A stretch of 64,000 nucleotides of DNA, taken from assembly GCA_965215125.1 (NCBI GenBank), contig OZ244052.1, positions 1,728,001 to 1,792,000 of the forward strand, read 5' to 3'. A model generated the notes under the pieces. It did not search any database and was not told the DNA's origin. It worked only from the letters and a program-made list of their open reading frames with translations. Position numbers and translations under genes: made by a program. Positions 28,741 to 40,290 of the stretch are shown here, one piece after another (positions within the stretch are counted from its first letter, which is position 1; each line of letters begins with the position of its first letter). This DNA is from an uncultured candidatus Porisulfidus sp. GTDB lineage: Bacteria > Pseudomonadota > Gammaproteobacteria > Poriferisulfidales > Oxydemutatoraceae.

Positions 28741-30661
28741 ATTGATAGACTTGAGCTTTGACGCGTTATCCGAGCGCGGCAAACTTGCCGGAGTGATTAG
28801 CAATTTCAACGCTCGTAGCGAACAGCAAAAGATGGCAGCGGCGGTTGCCGAGGCAATTTCGGCACAACACGATTTGGTTTGCGAGGCGGGCACCGGCATC
28901 GGTAAAACTTTTGCTTATTTGGTACCCGCCTTGCTGTCCAAAAAGCGCACCATAGTCTCCACCGCAACACGCCATCTGCAAGACCAGATTTATTTTAAGG
29001 ATTTGCCGGTGGTTATAGATGCGCTGGAGATTGATTGCCGGCCGGCACTACTCAAGGGGCGGGCGAATTATTTGTGCATGGAAAGAATGAATCAGGCGAC
29101 GACCCAACCGGTATTGGATAAAACACGCGCTGCTAAAATCAATCAAGTGGAACAATGGTCCTTTGAGACCACCGACGGCGACATTAGTTCGATGTCCGCT
29201 ATCGCAGAGGATGATTCGCTGTGGTCGTGGTTGACTTCTACTGCCGAAAATTGCTTGAGAAAAGATTGCCAGTATTACGATAGTTGCTATGTCGTGAACG
29301 CTCGTCAAAAAGCTGCGGAAGCCGATGTGGTCATTATCAACCATGCGCTATTGATGGCGGACATGACACTCAAAGAAGAAGGTTTTGCAGATTTTTTGCC
29401 GCAAGCCGAATTAATAATCGTGGACGAAGCCCATCAGCTAAAAGATTTTGCCGAAAGAAATTTCACCGAGAGCTTTAGTAGCCGGCAGTTCACCGACTTA
29501 CTGAAGGAAATCAGCGGGCTGGTCAAAGAGGACTCCGAACCTGACATGCGTATAACGGATTTGATAGGCTCGTGCACTAAGAGTTTTAGACGGTTCTCCG
29601 GACTTTTTCAAACTTTAGGCGAGCGGGCACCGATTAAGGCTTTGCGAGAGCATCCTTCCTTTGCCGAATACTACCAACATTTTGTAGAGCACGGCAACGC
29701 ACTGATACGCGCACTCGCACCGTATAAGGTAAAGTCCGAGCAAGGGGAGAACTGCACGCAGCGCATTACGACGATGCTTAAGTTTATAGAGTCGGTCTGT
29801 AGGTCGGACGATGATGCCAAAGTAGGAGAGGTCGCCGGGCTGGCGTGGATTAATCGCCATTCGAAGACTTTCCATATTTATTTGAGTCCCGTAGATATCT
29901 CCGGTTTACTGGCGGAAAAAAGCAAACAGTATAACGCCAACTGGGTATATACCTCTGCGACGCTTTCGGTGAAAGACGATTTTTCATATTTTTTATCCGA
30001 TTGTGGCGATGACAACAAGCCGTGCAAATCTTTTGCAAGCCCCTTCGATTATCAAGCGCAGGCAGCACTGTATTTGCCCGATCGAATGCCGCTACCTAGT
30101 GATGAAGGTTATACCGACCGCTTAATGAAGCAAGTTGCTCCGATACTATCGATGTCCAAAGGACATGCCCTGTTGTTATTCACGAGTTATAAGGCACTGT
30201 ATCAAGCCGAAGAACTTCTAAAGACCGGCGATCAATATACCTTGTTGGTGCAGAATAAAGCACCCAAGCAGGCACTCATCGGTCGTTTCATTGAAGAAGA
30301 TAATGCGGTGTTGTTGGGTACTAGTAGCTTTTGGAACGGAATAGACCTGAAAGGAGACACCTTGCGTTGCTTGGTCATAGACCGCCTGCCTTTTAGAATG
30401 CCCGACCCGTTGTTACAAGCGCGCGAGGCTTTTTATAAAAAGGCCGGGCGAGATTTTTTTAAGGAGTATGTTTTGCCGGAGGCGATTATTACGCTACGAC
30501 AGGGTGTAGGTCGTCTAATTCGTAGCGAAACCGATACCGGAGTCGTTGTCATCGGCGATCCGCGTCTAAAAAGAATGAATTACGGAAGCATTTTTTTGCG
30601 TAGTCTGCCCGACATGAGGCGGTGTCACGATATTACATCGCTCGGTCCCTATCTGAAATAA
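28721..30661 (+). CDS. yoaA: DinG/YoaA-family Fe-S DNA helicase
   Basis: EAGTGIGKT, Fe-S cysteines, DEAH, SATL, QGVGRLIR; yoaA-tsaB synteny. Confidence 0.88.
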   Translation: MSHQKHKLIDLSFDALSERGKLAGVISNFNARSEQQKMAAAVAEAISAQHDLVCEAGTGIGKTFAYLVPALLSKKRTIVSTATRHLQDQIYFKDLPVVIDALEIDCRPALLKGRANYLCMERMNQATTQPVLDKTRAAKINQVEQWSFETTDGDISSMSAIAEDDSLWSWLTSTAENCLRKDCQYYDSCYVVNARQKAAEADVVIINHALLMADMTLKEEGFADFLPQAELIIVDEAHQLKDFAERNFTESFSSRQFTDLLKEISGLVKEDSEPDMRITDLIGSCTKSFRRFSGLFQTLGERAPIKALREHPSFAEYYQHFVEHGNALIRALAPYKVKSEQGENCTQRITTMLKFIESVCRSDDDAKVGEVAGLAWINRHSKTFHIYLSPVDISGLLAEKSKQYNANWVYTSATLSVKDDFSYFLSDCGDDNKPCKSFASPFDYQAQAALYLPDRMPLPSDEGYTDRLMKQVAPILSMSKGHALLLFTSYKALYQAEELLKTGDQYTLLVQNKAPKQALIGRFIEEDNAVLLGTSSFWNGIDLKGDTLRCLVIDRLPFRMPDPLLQAREAFYKKAGRDFFKEYVLPEAIITLRQGVGRLIRSETDTGVVVIGDPRLKRMNYGSIFLRSLPDMRRCHDITSLGPYLK

Positions 30662-30669
30662 TCCGCCCG

Positions 30670-31362
30670 ATGAACGGTGTGCCGGACAATTCTAATATCT
30701 TAGCGGTTGATACTGCGACCGAAGCCTGCTCGGCGGCATTATTGAGCAACGGCGTGGTTCATCAACGTTTTGATATAGTACCCCGTCAACATCACAGCTT
30801 AATATTTGAAATGTGTCAGGCTGTTTTGACCGAAGCAAAAATAGATACCGCCGAACTGGATGCGTTGGTCTATGGACGCGGGCCGGGCTCTTTTACCGGT
30901 GTGCGAATCGCTGCATCTTTGGTGCAAGGCTTAGCGTATGCCCATACTCTGCCGGTGGTGGCAATCTCCGACCTGCGAGCGGTTGCCCTGCAAGCGTTGG
31001 CACAGAGCGATGAGACACAAGCCTTAGTTGCAATGGATGCGCGTATGGAAGAAGTCTATTACGGCTATTTTGAAAAAGACGGTGATTTGGTGAGAGCAAT
31101 AACCGATGAAGCCATTGCCGAGCCGGAGCAATTAGTGGTGCCCGATACATTCAAAGGTATAGTTGCGGGTACTGCGGTGCCGATCTATCGTGCCGTACTA
31201 GAACAAACTTTGGGCGAGCGATTGATACAATGGTATGTATCCGAACTGCCTCGAGCGACCACACTGCTACGCCTAGCGATGCTACCGCTTTCATCGGGTG
31301 ATACGCTACCAGCCGACCAAGCCTTGCCGGTATATTTACGCCACCCGGTACAAAATGCGTAG
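30670..31362 (+). CDS. tsaB: t6A biosynthesis protein TsaB
   Basis: ILAVDTATEACS, GPGSFTGVR, DARMEEVY, PVYLR. Confidence 0.95.
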   Translation: MNGVPDNSNILAVDTATEACSAALLSNGVVHQRFDIVPRQHHSLIFEMCQAVLTEAKIDTAELDALVYGRGPGSFTGVRIAASLVQGLAYAHTLPVVAISDLRAVALQALAQSDETQALVAMDARMEEVYYGYFEKDGDLVRAITDEAIAEPEQLVVPDTFKGIVAGTAVPIYRAVLEQTLGERLIQWYVSELPRATTLLRLAMLPLSSGDTLPADQALPVYLRHPVQNA

Positions 31363-31365
31363 AGA

Positions 31366-31652
31366 CAGGCGAAGCCTGACGGGGTGGTTGTGTCGTATCT
31401 GTACTATGTTTATACATTCATCCATCCAATTTATGGAAACCAAAACCAAATGGCGCAAGCGGTTGGTGTCGTGCAGAACGGTACTTAAGGGCAGACACAC
31501 AGGTCTGCCCTACGGCTTGGTGGTTATTATAAATTCACGGTGCAAGCGGTTACGGTTGCACGCTGACGATACTTTTTCAACAGCCCCTTCATGTCTGAGC
31601 AAGTAAAGTGACGGTTCTATTTATGCAGCACCAATACTTTTTCAACAGTCCC
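31366..31652 (-). repeat. Mosaic repeat cluster (modules E, E, C, A, D)
   Basis: Two GGCTGTTGAAAAAGTAT-type ends (31569-31587, 31634-31652), a GTAG REP (31489-31513) and an A/D core (31366-31465). Confidence 0.8.
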
Positions 31653-31904
31653 ACTTTTGTCGTAGCGCAAAGGTGCATCCACATTGATATTACGACAATC
31701 GTAATGTTCAAAACGAACCGTGCGACCTGCATATGTGAAAGAGGAGAACAATTCCATAGGACATGTTTTGCTCAGTTGTCTCAACTTCGAAGAGGGTCCT
31801 GCGTTTATCGGTTCCCAGACGCTATCGCGAATCCATACGAATTGTTTGTTTTTAGAGAGTATTCTTAAAACTCCATTTGGATAAATCAGTGCACAAATAA
31901 GCAA
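31617..31904 (-). pseudogene. Possible orphan gene fragment truncated by the repeat
   Basis: 95-codon frame with a weak TTG start; its last codons (GTVEKVL) derive from module E; no recognisable family. Confidence 0.2.
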
Positions 31905-32135
31905 ACTGCCGTTTTGAGGGTTGGAACTAAACTATAGTACTTTCCTAAAGTTCTATCATTTTAGATACTTAAATAATATGTCATCAAACAACTGAAAACG
32001 CATTCAATATACCCAATCTTTCAACTGATTGTATAATAAGCGCATGGCAGGCGATGTGCTGGCAGAGAAGAGTGCGCGGCTTCCGATTCTTAGACAGATA
32101 TTTAATTGATAATTTCTAATAGGTAATATAGAAAG

Positions 32136-33227
32136 ATGGCAAGTTCTGCTACCCTTTTGTTGAGAGACGGTACTCGTTTTCACGGTATCTCTATCGGGGC
32201 TAATGGTATTGCCGTCGGAGAGGTTGTTTTCAATACGGCGATGACGGGTTATCAGGAAATTTTGACCGACCCGTCTTATGCGCAACAGATTGTGACATTG
32301 ACCTATCCGCATATCGGTAATACGGGTGTGAACGATGACGATGTGGAATCCGATGGAATTTATGCGGCAGCGTTGGTTATTCGCGATTTACCGTCGAAAG
32401 CGAGCAGTTGGCGGCGTAAGCAGGATTTGAGCGATTATCTGATAAACAGTAAGGTTGTTGCAATAGCCGATATAGATACCCGTCGCCTCACGCGGCATTT
32501 GCGTATGCACGGTGCGCAGGACGGGGTGGTATTTGACGAAAGGGTATCGCAAGATGATGCCGAGCTTGCGTTGCGTAACTTCTCGGGTTTGAAAGACAAA
32601 GATTTGGCACGGCATGTGAGTACCGAAGAGTCTTATCGTTGGGATGCAAACGAAGACTCCGAGCGACATGTGGTTGCATTCGATTACGGTATCAAGCGTA
32701 ATATATTGAGACATCTGGCAGAACGTGGTTGTCGTATCACGGTAGTGCCGGCGAAGACAACGGCGGCGGAGGTATTGGCACAGCAGCCCGACGGTGTTTT
32801 TTTGTCCAACGGGCCGGGTGACCCCGAGCCTTGCGATTATGCAATCGATACGATACGCGAGCTTTTGCCGAGTGGCTTGCCTATTTTTGGAATATGTTTG
32901 GGACATCAGTTGCTCGGTTTGGCAAGCGGCGCGCAAACGATGAAAATGAAGTTTGGGCATCACGGAGCGAATCATCCGGTGCTCGACTTGTCCAGTAAGC
33001 GGGTGATGCTGACGAGCCAAAATCATGGTTTTTGCATCGATGCGGCAAATCTGCCCGAGCAGTTGGAAGTCAGTCATCTATCGCTGTTTGACAACACGAT
33101 TCAGGGCATACGCCACAAAGATTATCCTGCATTCGGCTTTCAGGGTCATCCGGAGGCGAGCCCCGGACCCCACGATGTGAGCGCGTTATTCGATAATTTT
33201 ATTCGACAGATGGAGTCTAATGCCTAA
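32136..33227 (+). CDS. carA: Carbamoyl-phosphate synthase small subunit
   Basis: GEVVFNT.MTGYQE, SNGPGDP, GICLGHQ, QGHPEA. Confidence 0.97.
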   Translation: MASSATLLLRDGTRFHGISIGANGIAVGEVVFNTAMTGYQEILTDPSYAQQIVTLTYPHIGNTGVNDDDVESDGIYAAALVIRDLPSKASSWRRKQDLSDYLINSKVVAIADIDTRRLTRHLRMHGAQDGVVFDERVSQDDAELALRNFSGLKDKDLARHVSTEESYRWDANEDSERHVVAFDYGIKRNILRHLAERGCRITVVPAKTTAAEVLAQQPDGVFLSNGPGDPEPCDYAIDTIRELLPSGLPIFGICLGHQLLGLASGAQTMKMKFGHHGANHPVLDLSSKRVMLTSQNHGFCIDAANLPEQLEVSHLSLFDNTIQGIRHKDYPAFGFQGHPEASPGPHDVSALFDNFIRQMESNA

Positions 33228-36200
33228 GCGTGAGGACTTATCGCGTATCTTGATCATCGGCGCAGGGCCTATCGTTATCGGGCAGGCGTGCGAGTTTGAT
33301 TATTCCGGTGTGCAAGCGTGCAAAGCGTTGCGCGAGGAAGGTTATAGCGTCGTCTTGGTCAATTCCAATCCGGCGACGATTATGACCGACCCGGATACTG
33401 CCGATACGATTTATATAGAGCCTGTAGAATGGCGCACATTGGAGAAAATTATAGAAAAAGAAAGACCCGATGCTTTGTTGCCGACGATGGGTGGGCAGAC
33501 TGCTTTGAATTGTGCGATGGACTTGCAGCGAGAAGGTGTGTTGCAGAAATTCGGCGTGCAACTAATCGGTGCTTCGTCGGAAGCGATTAGCAAAGCCGAG
33601 GATCGTTTGTTGTTCCGCAAGGCGATGGAGAACATTGGCCTAAAAAGTGCGCGCTCGGTTGTCGTAAAAGATTGGAAACAAGCGCAGGCGGCACCCGAGC
33701 AGTTAGGTTTCCCGGTCATTGTTAGACCGTCTTATACCTTAGGTGGCAGCGGTAGCGGCATCGCTCGCAATCCCGAGGAGTTTGAGGACATAGTCAAGCA
33801 CGGTTTAGCGTTGTCGCCGATCAGCGAGGTTTTATTGGAGGAGTCCTTGTTGGGCTGGAAGGAATTTGAAATAGAGGTCGTACGCGATTGCAACGATAAT
33901 TGCATCGTCGTATGCTCGATAGAAAACTTCGACCCGATGGGAGTACACACCGGCGACTCGATTACGGTGGCACCTATACAAACGTTAACCGACAAGGAAT
34001 ATCAAAAGATGCGCAACGCCTCGATTGCGGTGTTGCGCGAGATCGGTGTAGATACCGGGGGTTCCAATGTGCAGTTTGCGATCAACCCGGAAGATGGCCG
34101 TATGGTGGTAATAGAGATGAATCCGCGCGTCTCTCGTTCCTCGGCGTTGGCGTCTAAGGCAACCGGTTTCCCGATTGCCAAGGTCGCCGCAAAATTGGCG
34201 GTTGGTTATAGCTTGGATGAATTAAAGAACGAGATTACCGGTGGGGCGACACCGGCATCTTTTGAACCGACGATAGATTATGTGGTTACTAAAATCCCGC
34301 GTTTTGATTTCATGAAATTCCCTCAAATCTCCAATAATCTGACGACGCAAATGAAATCGGTCGGCGAGGCGATGGCAATCGGTAGGACTTTCAAGGAATC
34401 TTTGCAGAAAGCATTATGCAGTTTGGAACTCGGATATGTAGGGCTTGCTTCGACGCAAACACCGCACACCGAGTCGGTACGAAGCAATGATATCGATGAA
34501 CTCATATTATGCTTGCACGATGCAACCCCGAACAGGATATTGTTGATCGCCGAGGCTTTGAGAATGGGCGTTGATATCGCTAAGCTCTATGAACTGACGA
34601 AGATAGATCCTTGGTTTCTAAGTCAAATATCGGAGATCATAGATGCCGAGGAAAAGATAAAAGACGGTCTTTTTGCGATTTCTAACCGTGCGCATTTGCA
34701 CGAACTCAAACGGCAAGGCTTTGCCGATGCACATATTGCACGGTTATTGTCGGTCGACGACCGAGTAGTTTACGACAACCGTCGCAATGCAAAGATTAAT
34801 ACGACATACAAAAGAGTAGATAGCTGTGCGGCGGAGTTTGACACACAGACTGCTTATTTGTATTCGTGTTATGACGAGGAATGTGAGGCGTATCCGAGTG
34901 CGAGGCAAAAGATTATCATACTGGGTAGCGGACCCAATCGCATAGGGCAAGGTATAGAGTTTGATTATTGTTGTGTGCATGCTTCGTTTGCATTGCGCGA
35001 AGCCGGCTATGAGACGATTATGATCAATTGCAATCCCGAGACGGTATCAACCGATTACGACACCTCGGATCGTCTCTATTTCGAGCCTTTGGATTTTGAG
35101 CATGTGCTGAACGTTATAGAATCCGAAAAGAGCAATGGTGATTTGAAAGGTGTAGTGGTGCAATACGGCGGTCAAACACCTTTGAATCTGACCCAAAGTT
35201 TAGCCGACGCCGGCGTGCCTATACTCGGGAGCAGTGCCGACACCATCGGCTTAGCCGAAGATCGGGAGCGTTTTCAGCAGGTCATAAAACGGCTGGATTT
35301 GAAGCAGCCGCCCAACGGCATTGCGCTGACCGAAGCGGAGGCATTGGACATTGCCGCCGCGATAGGCTATCCGATTATCGTCAGACCCTCTTTTGTTTTG
35401 GGGGGGCGTGCAATGAAGATCGTGTACGACGAAGACGAGCTCAAACATTATATATTAGAGGCAACTCAAGTATCAAAAAACAAACCGGTTTTGATAGACC
35501 ACTTCTTATCCGATGCGATAGAGGTTGATGTAGACGCGGTGTGTGATGGGAAAAATGTACTACTCGGCGGTATCATGGAGCATATCGAGCAAGCCGGGGT
35601 ACATTCGGGTGACTCCGCCTGTTCGATCCCACCTCATTCCTTGTCCGAAGCGATACAGACGGAACTCGCACGGCAAATTAAAATTATCGCACTCGCTCTC
35701 GACATCAAAGGATTGATGAACGCACAGTTCGCTATCAAGAACAATAAGGTCTATGTGATAGAGGTCAATCCGCGTGCGTCGCGGACGGTGCCGTTCGTAT
35801 CCAAAGCTATCGGTTTGCCGTTGGCTAAAATCGCCGCTCACTGCATGGTTGATATAGACCTTAAGAAACAAGGCTTTGTGGAAAACAGCGAAGGTCTCTA
35901 TGTGCCTAAGGAGGTTCGGCAGGGTGCCTTTTGTTTTGCGGTCAAGGAGGCGGTTTTTCCGTTCAATAAATTTATAGGCGTGGATCCGATTTTGGGTCCC
36001 GAGATGCGTTCTACCGGTGAGGTGATGGGAAGCGGTCGAAGTTTCGGCGAGGCTTATGCCAAAGCACAACTCGCGGCGGGCAATACATTACCGTGTGGTG
36101 GTACGGTGCTGATGAGCGTGCGCGATGTGGACAAACAGGTGGCGACGGAAATTGCCCGAAATCTAAGCGACAAAGGCTTCGATATATTGGCAACCCGAGG

Positions 36201-36471
36201 CACTCGGCAAGCGTTTAACGAAGCCGGCATTGCGTGTCGTGCCGTACACAAGGTCATAGAGAATCGTCGCCCCAATGTTGTTGATTTTGTAGACGACGGG
36301 ACGGTTAATTTGATCATCAATACAACCGAGGGTAGACAAGCGATTACCGATTCGCGTACCATACGATCTAGTGCGGTACAGAATAGAGTGTGCTACACTA
36401 CAACAATCGCCGGTGCTCGTGCCATCGTCGAGGCGATGGAATCGGACGATTACGATGTATATAGCTTATGA
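33220..36471 (+). CDS. carB: Carbamoyl-phosphate synthase large subunit
   Basis: [21 protein letters not shown]; duplicated ATP-grasp domains; MGS domain. Confidence 0.98.
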   Translation: MPKREDLSRILIIGAGPIVIGQACEFDYSGVQACKALREEGYSVVLVNSNPATIMTDPDTADTIYIEPVEWRTLEKIIEKERPDALLPTMGGQTALNCAMDLQREGVLQKFGVQLIGASSEAISKAEDRLLFRKAMENIGLKSARSVVVKDWKQAQAAPEQLGFPVIVRPSYTLGGSGSGIARNPEEFEDIVKHGLALSPISEVLLEESLLGWKEFEIEVVRDCNDNCIVVCSIENFDPMGVHTGDSITVAPIQTLTDKEYQKMRNASIAVLREIGVDTGGSNVQFAINPEDGRMVVIEMNPRVSRSSALASKATGFPIAKVAAKLAVGYSLDELKNEITGGATPASFEPTIDYVVTKIPRFDFMKFPQISNNLTTQMKSVGEAMAIGRTFKESLQKALCSLELGYVGLASTQTPHTESVRSNDIDELILCLHDATPNRILLIAEALRMGVDIAKLYELTKIDPWFLSQISEIIDAEEKIKDGLFAISNRAHLHELKRQGFADAHIARLLSVDDRVVYDNRRNAKINTTYKRVDSCAAEFDTQTAYLYSCYDEECEAYPSARQKIIILGSGPNRIGQGIEFDYCCVHASFALREAGYETIMINCNPETVSTDYDTSDRLYFEPLDFEHVLNVIESEKSNGDLKGVVVQYGGQTPLNLTQSLADAGVPILGSSADTIGLAEDRERFQQVIKRLDLKQPPNGIALTEAEALDIAAAIGYPIIVRPSFVLGGRAMKIVYDEDELKHYILEATQVSKNKPVLIDHFLSDAIEVDVDAVCDGKNVLLGGIMEHIEQAGVHSGDSACSIPPHSLSEAIQTELARQIKIIALALDIKGLMNAQFAIKNNKVYVIEVNPRASRTVPFVSKAIGLPLAKIAAHCMVDIDLKKQGFVENSEGLYVPKEVRQGAFCFAVKEAVFPFNKFIGVDPILGPEMRSTGEVMGSGRSFGEAYAKAQLAAGNTLPCGGTVLMSVRDVDKQVATEIARNLSDKGFDILATRGTRQAFNEAGIACRAVHKVIENRRPNVVDFVDDGTVNLIINTTEGRQAITDSRTIRSSAVQNRVCYTTTIAGARAIVEAMESDDYDVYSL

Positions 36472-36490
36472 TATTAAGGAGGATTAACAC

Positions 36491-37747
36491 ATGAAACTGG
36501 AAACAATTGCGATACACGCCGGATACGAATGTGAGGAAACAACGCGCGCTGCGGTCACGCCGATTTATCAAACCACCTCTTATACTTTCCGGGATACCCA
36601 ACACGGTGCCGATTTATTCGACCTGAAAGAGATGGGTAACATCTATACCCGGATTATGAATCCCACGACCGATGTATTGGAAAAACGCGTCGCTGCGATG
36701 GAAGGCGGCATAGGTGCGCTGGCTTTATCGTCGGGAATGGCAGCGACCACTTACGCGATATTTACCGTCGCCGATAGCGGAGATAACATTATTTCAACGA
36801 GTCAACTTTACGGTGGGACCTATAATTTATTTGCGCATACACTGCCGCGTCTGGGTATAGAGGTGCGCTTCACCGAAGACGAACAGGTAGCTGATTTAAT
36901 CGACGAGAAAACCAAGCTCGTTTTTTGTGAGTCGTTGGGTAACCCGGCGGGAAATGTTTGCGATTTGGCACCACTCGCCGAGACTTGCCGGCAGCATGGT
37001 ATTTTATTAGTCGTCGATAATACGGTGCCGACTCCTTATCTCTGCCGACCTTTTGAACACGGTGCCGATATTGTCGTACATTCTCTGACTAAATATATGG
37101 GAGGACACGGCAACAGTATCGGCGGCATTATCGTTGACTCGGGACATTTCCCATGGCAAGAACACGCCGACCGTTATTCTATGCTGATAGAACCCGACCC
37201 GTCTTATCACGGTGTTAGCTATGTGGAAGCGATGGGCGAAGCCGCTTTTATTGCCAGAGCACGAGTAGTGCCGCTCAGGAATATGGGATCCGCACTCTCC
37301 CCGATGAATAGCTTTTTAATCTTACAAGGTTTGGAGACGATGCCGTTGCGTATAGAGAGGCATAGCGATAACGCACTCGCCGTCGCTCGCTATCTGCAAG
37401 CCCATCCGCGGGTGCGGTGGGTTAATTATGCCGGCTTAGACGACCATCCGAGTAGGCCGTTGGTAGACCGTTATTTGAGCGGCAAAGCATCCGGCATCCT
37501 GAGTTTCGGTATTGAAGGTGGTGCCGAAGCAGGAGCTAAGTTCATAGATGCCTTGCAACTTATTCTGCGTCTCGTCAACATAGGCGACGCTCGCTCGTTG
37601 GCATGTCATCCCGCCACGACGACCCATCGTCAACTCTCAAAAGCGGATCTCAAAAGCTCCGGTGTCTCCGAAGACTTGGTTAGACTATCGATAGGTATAG
37701 AACACATAGACGACATCATCGCGGATATAGAACAAGCACTGAACTAA
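36491..37747 (+). CDS. metY: O-acetylhomoserine/O-acetylserine sulfhydrylase
   Basis: PIYQTTSY, GNIYTRIMNPT, HSLTKY (PLP Lys), NIGDARSL..HPA.TTH. Confidence 0.92.
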   Translation: MKLETIAIHAGYECEETTRAAVTPIYQTTSYTFRDTQHGADLFDLKEMGNIYTRIMNPTTDVLEKRVAAMEGGIGALALSSGMAATTYAIFTVADSGDNIISTSQLYGGTYNLFAHTLPRLGIEVRFTEDEQVADLIDEKTKLVFCESLGNPAGNVCDLAPLAETCRQHGILLVVDNTVPTPYLCRPFEHGADIVVHSLTKYMGGHGNSIGGIIVDSGHFPWQEHADRYSMLIEPDPSYHGVSYVEAMGEAAFIARARVVPLRNMGSALSPMNSFLILQGLETMPLRIERHSDNALAVARYLQAHPRVRWVNYAGLDDHPSRPLVDRYLSGKASGILSFGIEGGAEAGAKFIDALQLILRLVNIGDARSLACHPATTTHRQLSKADLKSSGVSEDLVRLSIGIEHIDDIIADIEQALN

Positions 37748-37756
37748 TTTACGATA

Positions 37757-37865
37757 ACCGTCCCTACACATGTCGGTTACATTGCGGTTCTGCACTAGTA
37801 CATTCCCCTCCACAGGAGGGGAATATACCGTCCCCACAGTTCGTGGATACTTTTTCAATAGCCTC
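37757..37865. repeat. Mosaic repeat (C end, B end, D hairpin, E end)
   Basis: CCGTCCCTAC, GCGGTTCTGCAC, ATTCCCCTCCACAGGAGGGGAAT and ATACTTTTTCAATAGCCTC. Confidence 0.7.
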
Positions 37866-37940
37866 ATTATTTGACTTTGGTATAAAATACAATTTTGTTA
37901 AAAATTTTTAGACCGAAAACGATAGTACAACGAGGTAATT

Positions 37941-38243
37941 ATGATGGAAATAGACAACGACACACGCTTGGAACTGGAAGCTGCCGTTTACCGCAGATTG
38001 ATCAAGCATTTGCAGGAAAAAACCGAAGTTCAGAACATAGACTTGATGAACTTGGCGGATTTTTGTAGAAATTGTTTGGCAAAATGGTATGTGGCAGCGG
38101 CGGAAGAACACAACATCGAGTTGGATTACGAAGAGGCTCGCAAAATGATATACGGGATGCCTTATAAGGAATGGAAAGCGCGTTATCAAAAGCCGATGAC
38201 GGCAGAACAACAAGCAGCATTAAAAAACCGCAAATCTCAATGA
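37941..38243 (+). CDS. DUF1244-family protein
   Basis: ELEAAxxRRL, VQNIDLMNLAxFCRNCL, YGMPYxEWK. Confidence 0.88.
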   Translation: MMEIDNDTRLELEAAVYRRLIKHLQEKTEVQNIDLMNLADFCRNCLAKWYVAAAEEHNIELDYEEARKMIYGMPYKEWKARYQKPMTAEQQAALKNRKSQ

Positions 38244-39001
38244 CGGACGACTTGAGCGACCATGCTTTGTTGCGCTACAGTCGTCATATACTATTGCCAC
38301 AAATCGGCATAGAAGGTCAGGAAAAGCTACTGAAGGCGCGAGTGCTCGTCGTCGGTTTGGGTGGTTTGGGGTCTTCTGCGGCAATGTATTTGGCAGCGAG
38401 CGGGGTGGGGCATATGCTAATTGCCGATTATGATCATGTTGATTTATCGAACTTGCAAAGACAACCGATACATAATACCGAGAGTATCGATATGTGCAAA
38501 ACCGAATCGGCACAAAAAACGCTGCACCGATTAAACCCCGACATTGAGATAACGCCTATAAATCAGAAAATGGATCTGGATCTTTTGCATCGGCATGTTA
38601 TGGATGTGGATGTCGTTGTCGATGCAACCGATAATTTTGCGGTACGGTATGCGATCAACAAGGCCTGCCGGCACGCCCGAACACCGCTCGTCCACGGGGC
38701 TGCTATCCGTATGGAAGGGCAGTTGAGCGTGTTTGACGCTCGCGAAGCCGAAAGTCCCTGTTATCAATGTCTTTATACCGAGGGTACTTATGTAGACGAG
38801 AGTTGTGTTGCCAACGGCATCCTCTCTCCGGTGGTAGGTGTGATCGGCAGTATGCAGGCGATTGAAGCACTAAAGATTTTATTAAACCTCAAAGATACCC
38901 TAGTAGGTCGTCTTTTGTTATTTGACGCGCAGACGATGAATTGGCGAGAACTGCGTGTGAAAAGAAATGCAAAATGCAAAGTTTGCGGAGACGATGGATA
39001 A
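38240..39001 (+). CDS. moeB: MoeB/ThiF adenylyltransferase
   Basis: RYSRHILL, GLGGLG, SNLQRQ, CYQC and CKVC zinc motifs. Confidence 0.88.
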   Translation: MTDDLSDHALLRYSRHILLPQIGIEGQEKLLKARVLVVGLGGLGSSAAMYLAASGVGHMLIADYDHVDLSNLQRQPIHNTESIDMCKTESAQKTLHRLNPDIEITPINQKMDLDLLHRHVMDVDVVVDATDNFAVRYAINKACRHARTPLVHGAAIRMEGQLSVFDAREAESPCYQCLYTEGTYVDESCVANGILSPVVGVIGSMQAIEALKILLNLKDTLVGRLLLFDAQTMNWRELRVKRNAKCKVCGDDG

Positions 39002-40199
39002 GAAACAACTGCAATCGGAACCTCTGGTAGAACTTGAATATCAAGGCGTGCGCGTCACCGTTTTAGGAACCGCCCACGTATCTAAGGCAAGTGCCGATAT
39101 GGTACGCACATTGCTCGAGAGTGGTGCGTACGATTCGGTTGCGGTGGAGCTGTGTAAAAGCCGCCACAAGACATTGGTATCACCGAACAGTTTTTTGAAT
39201 ATGGATTTGGGTGAAGTGATACGGCAACGCAAAGTTTTTAGAGTGGTGGCAATATTGATATTGGGAGGTTATCAGCAACGTCTCGCCGATCAGTTGGGGG
39301 TGGAGCCCGGTGTGGAGTTCAAGGAAGCGTTGCGAATTGCCGAAGAACGTAACCTATCTTTAGCTATCGTTGATCGTGATATCGGTTTAACTTTTAAGCG
39401 GCTCTACGGCAGTTTGTCGTGGTGGAGAAAACTGATGTTGTTCAATGCGCTGGTTGCGAGCTTGTTTTATACCGAAAAAGTTTCAATCCAAGAAGTAGAA
39501 CGCATCAAGCAGGGGCGTACCTTAGAGGCAATTTTCGAACAACTGCCAATGTCAATTCGTAACATCAAAAATATATTGCTCGACGAACGCGACGCTTATA
39601 TGGCAGCCAAAGTGAGGCAATTCATAGCGGAGCATAAGCCGAAATCCATGCTACTTATCATAGGTGCGGCACACCTGAAAGGTACCGTGCGCGAGATTGA
39701 ACAAGCGAGTAGCGAACCGGAAGCGACGATTAGCGAGTACGAAACAGTTCCACAGAAAAAAAGGTTCACCCGTCTGCTACCGTGGCTAATTGTGTCGGTG
39801 ATACTTGCCGGATTTGCTTACGGCTTTTCTAAGGAGACCCAAGTAGGTATTGATCTGGTAATAGATTGGATACTAATTAACGGTGGTTTGGCGGCGGTAG
39901 GTGCTTTGATTGCAGCAGCGCACCCTTTGACCGTCGTATCGGTCTTTCTGGCAGCACCGCTGACCTCTATCAATCCTACGATCGGTGTGGGTGTGGTGGC
40001 TGCGGCGGTGGAACTTTATTTGAAGAAACCCAGAGTCTCCGATTTTGCAACCCTCAAGAAAGACACTGCGAAATTGTCGGGGTGGCGACACAATAGAGTA
40101 GCTAGAATCGTCATGATTTTCGTATTGAGCACTATCGGGTCGGCAATCGGCACCTACATCGGCGGCTTCCACATTTACTCTACGCTGATGGCATTGTGA
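38994..40199 (+). CDS. TraB/GumN (pheromone-shutdown TraB-like) membrane protein
   Basis: LGTAHVS, VAVELC..R, ERDAYMA, GAAHL; C-terminal TMs. Confidence 0.87.
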   Translation: MDKKQLQSEPLVELEYQGVRVTVLGTAHVSKASADMVRTLLESGAYDSVAVELCKSRHKTLVSPNSFLNMDLGEVIRQRKVFRVVAILILGGYQQRLADQLGVEPGVEFKEALRIAEERNLSLAIVDRDIGLTFKRLYGSLSWWRKLMLFNALVASLFYTEKVSIQEVERIKQGRTLEAIFEQLPMSIRNIKNILLDERDAYMAAKVRQFIAEHKPKSMLLIIGAAHLKGTVREIEQASSEPEATISEYETVPQKKRFTRLLPWLIVSVILAGFAYGFSKETQVGIDLVIDWILINGGLAAVGALIAAAHPLTVVSVFLAAPLTSINPTIGVGVVAAAVELYLKKPRVSDFATLKKDTAKLSGWRHNRVARIVMIFVLSTIGSAIGTYIGGFHIYSTLMAL

Positions 40200-40290
40200 C
40201 AAGGGTTAGTGCAATACCAAAAATTCAAAATCGGCGTATAATGGTTTTTTTCGTTGAACCCGATTTTTAATAAATGATAAAGCCTGATTT

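Noticed and set aside
31298-31606. ORF containing METKTKWRKRL, recurring in module A
   Set aside because: The frame is not preserved among copies (immediate stop at the 7079 copy), so it is treated as non-coding repeat sequence.
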